64,000 nt of DNA, from positions 5,022,001-5,086,000 of the forward strand of contig NC_135771.1 of the NCBI RefSeq assembly GCF_052425735.1. Direction: 5' to 3'. Positions 61,552-64,000 of this stretch are shown here, one piece after another. The stretch's first letter is position 1, and each line of letters begins with the position of its first letter. Origin of the DNA: Oculina patagonica. Lineage: Eukaryota. The notes below the pieces were generated by a model. It made no database searches and had not been told where the DNA came from. It worked only from the letters and a program-made list of their open reading frames with translations. The position numbers and the translations under genes were made by a program.

Positions 61552-63406
61552 TGCACCAGTCATTTGAAACCCCCCGACCCCCCCCCCCTCCTCGGGCATG
61601 AGCGGGGCATTCACTTTTCAGTTTGGCAAGTGAAAGCAAGTGAAGGCCCCGGCCCCCGGGAGAAAAGTGAATGGTGAACTCCCCCGCCCCTTTATATGAT
61701 CCACACACATGGTAATTCCTTGTAGAAAACTTGTTATAGCCAAGCACAACAAGGGATGACAGTAAGGGATGATAAAAACGTTGGTAGCCGTGAAATGAAC
61801 ACATTGATTTCAGAGCAGCTAGAAATACATTTGTAAAGGCTCCCCGATGGACAAGGAAGAAGACGACTATTTGAAATTTCCAACTCAACTTTATATGGAA
61901 ATGCAGGATGATATTACAATATGCTCTGTGTTGTTTGAACAGCCGGCTCTCTGTTTGTTGATCTCTAAAACTAGAAACTTCCTATTACATTGTATTTTAA
62001 CTCAACTTAAACTATCATAATTATATAAATGAATGTCTCCAGCGTCTTTAACGCGCTATTATTGTCAAACTAACATTTAACGTAAAAGGAATTAAGCTTA
62101 ATTAATTAATTAATTAATTAATTAATTAATATTATTAAGCTTAATAAATATTCAAATAGGTCATAGACAGGTCAACAAGTCTTCCGAGATCAGAGCATGC
62201 AATGAGTCAAGCATATTTTATATCAATACCATATTGTTGAAATATGCCTACCTTTTGTCACCAGACTTGAAAAATCTTCGGCTAACACAGCCTTCTTTAC
62301 ATTTCGGTACAAAACTTTACAAAGCATCATGCAGAAGGCAGCGTAGGCAGCGAATATTGATTATATAATAACCTGAATTCTACGCGCATTTTGATTGGTT
62401 CTTACTTATGATCTATTAGAGTACAGACACATGGATGACGTCACGCGGTGGTGTGACTCGCGCGCGTGATCGGAGTTCATAGTCCAAATCAGAGTTGTCG
62501 GCAAAGTTTTTCAAACTTGCGGGGCCACAACAAAGCAAAAAAGTTCAGCTTAATTACAAATCTTCAGTGAGAAACAATACGCCAAGTATCGTTCACCTTT
62601 CGAAGCATTTAACTGGGCGAAACAAGCTTGAAGAAGACAGTGAATTATTCGAGAAATTATCCGAAATCTGTATGAAAGTTTGACCGATGTTGTACAGTTT
62701 GACGACGCCACGGGAAACAAACGAATTGCGGTTGAACGCTTCGGTTAATGCTTACACATTTGAACAACTTTCCAAATCGGAATAAAGGTTAGTTTTTTCA
62801 TTGACTTTCAATTGACCATTTTTCTGTTTATTCAATCGGATTAACAGTGTTTCGTGTTAACGAAAACTTAATAGTGAAATCAAAACAACTTAGCTCATCG
62901 GTACGGCGGCATTGCTCACACTGAAGTGCGCTGAAGTCTTGTGTTATTATATAAAACAAATAGATTCCATTTTGCCGTGGGTCTGTTCAGTTATAGATCA
63001 CAGATGACGTGAAAATGTGGTATGAACATCAGTGACCCACTCGCCTTCGGCTCGAGGGCCACTTCTTTTGTTCATACCACATTTTGACGTCATCTGTGAT
63101 CTATAACTGAACAGACGCACGGCAAAATGGAATCTATTTGTTAAAGCGATACTGGCCGATCGATCGAGCAAGTCGACATAAATAATGTATGCAAAATTAC
63201 CATGTGGCTTGAAAATGCAAACCGCTGACCATGGAGTGAGTGCCCCGCTTATTCCCCCGGTCCGGGATGCGAAGACAGTGATTTCTGGCGCATCCCCCGC
63301 TTAACGGGGGGACCAAAATGGAGTGAATCTGAAGTGAAAGCCCCGCTTTTGCCCCGCTCATGCCCGAGGGGGGGGGGGGGGTCGGGGGTTTCAAATGACT
63401 GGTGCA
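61552..63406. mobile_element. Harbinger-like non-autonomous element (TAA TSD, 1.85 kb) with a nested repeat
   Basis: TAA|TGCACCAGTCATTTGAAACCCCC...GGGGGTTTCAAATGACTGGTGCA|TAA; TIR extends through CTCGGGCATGAGCGGGGCA. Confidence 0.88.
62360..63145. repeat. Nested repeat ending in a long hairpin (62955-63142), possibly non-autonomous Crypton-like
   Basis: AACAAATAGATTCCATTTTGCCGTG...TGATCTATAACTGAACAGACGCACGGCAAAATGGAATCTATTTGTT is a ~70-bp-arm IR around a GCCTTCGGC mini-hairpin. Confidence 0.6.
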
Positions 63407-64000
63407 TAAGTAAACCAACAGCTAAAGCTACCAAAACCAGAACGCCCAATGCCAGCATTTCTGGCCCAAATAGCACTGCAAATAAACGAGTCAGACGTTT
63501 AACACTCACCACAGAACAACAGGTCGTCAAAAATGCATTCGACATATCCAAAGCCAATGTTTTACGTTTTGTTTTTCTTCACGTTTTTACGAAAATGCCG
63601 CCATCTTTGTTCCTTGCGAGTCTGGGTGCCAGATTTCACGCGGTAGTAATAAAAGAGAGTTCCCGTATTCACATCCCAACATTCCAACTTCCGGTGACTG
63701 TCACTTCCTGGCCTGTTCTTTGGCTACAACAAGAAATGCATCATCTTTTAAAAACACAAACACAACGGCTCTTTTTTTCGACTTTTTTGCTTGTTTACAA
63801 GCAAAATGAAGGAGAATAGCGGTTAAGTTGGGTAATCTGGAACTAGGCTTGTACCGAAAGTGCTAGCACTTTTTTTGGCATTATTTGGCTTCGCGAGCAT
63901 TTTTTTTTACATTTTATCCAAAAAAGCACTGCTAGCATTATTTTGGATTTTCGACTGATTATTTGTATAATTTTGTGTTAAAAAGCACAATCTGACTTCA

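Noticed and set aside
62090-62145. (TTAA)n palindromic tract
   Set aside because: Simple low-complexity repeat inside a transposon.

Overview
AT-rich eukaryotic (animal) genomic DNA with spliceosomal GT-AG introns and many non-autonomous DNA transposons. The repeat families resemble, from my recall, those of anthozoan/stony-coral genomes; this is not a database result. Protein-coding genes assembled by hand: the 5' part of a secreted vWA-domain gene (-, two micro-exons, runs off the left edge), an intronless ankyrin-repeat gene (PPP1R27-like), two tandem intronless CALHM/FAM26-like channel genes, an 8-exon RIMOC1/C5orf51 orthologue (-) head-to-head with a 2-exon BTB-BACK-Kelch gene (+), an intronless class A GPCR, and a 3-exon secreted double-WSC-domain gene (-). 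Intergenic and intronic space holds Kolobok-like (TTAA), Tc1/pogo-like (TA), hAT-like, Harbinger-like and 6-bp-TSD MITEs, a ~5.1 kb decayed CACTA/EnSpm-like element with a BEN-like remnant, a Penelope-like fragment forming a near-perfect 204-bp hairpin, and a tRNA-derived repeat. The last 17 kb has no clear protein gene but contains an old ~6.5 kb inverted duplication with twin outward-facing promoter-like cassettes and mirrored (ATCA)n/(TGAT)n tracts. No CRISPR array, rRNA or prokaryotic system is supported. Most short ORFs in the supplied track are spurious.
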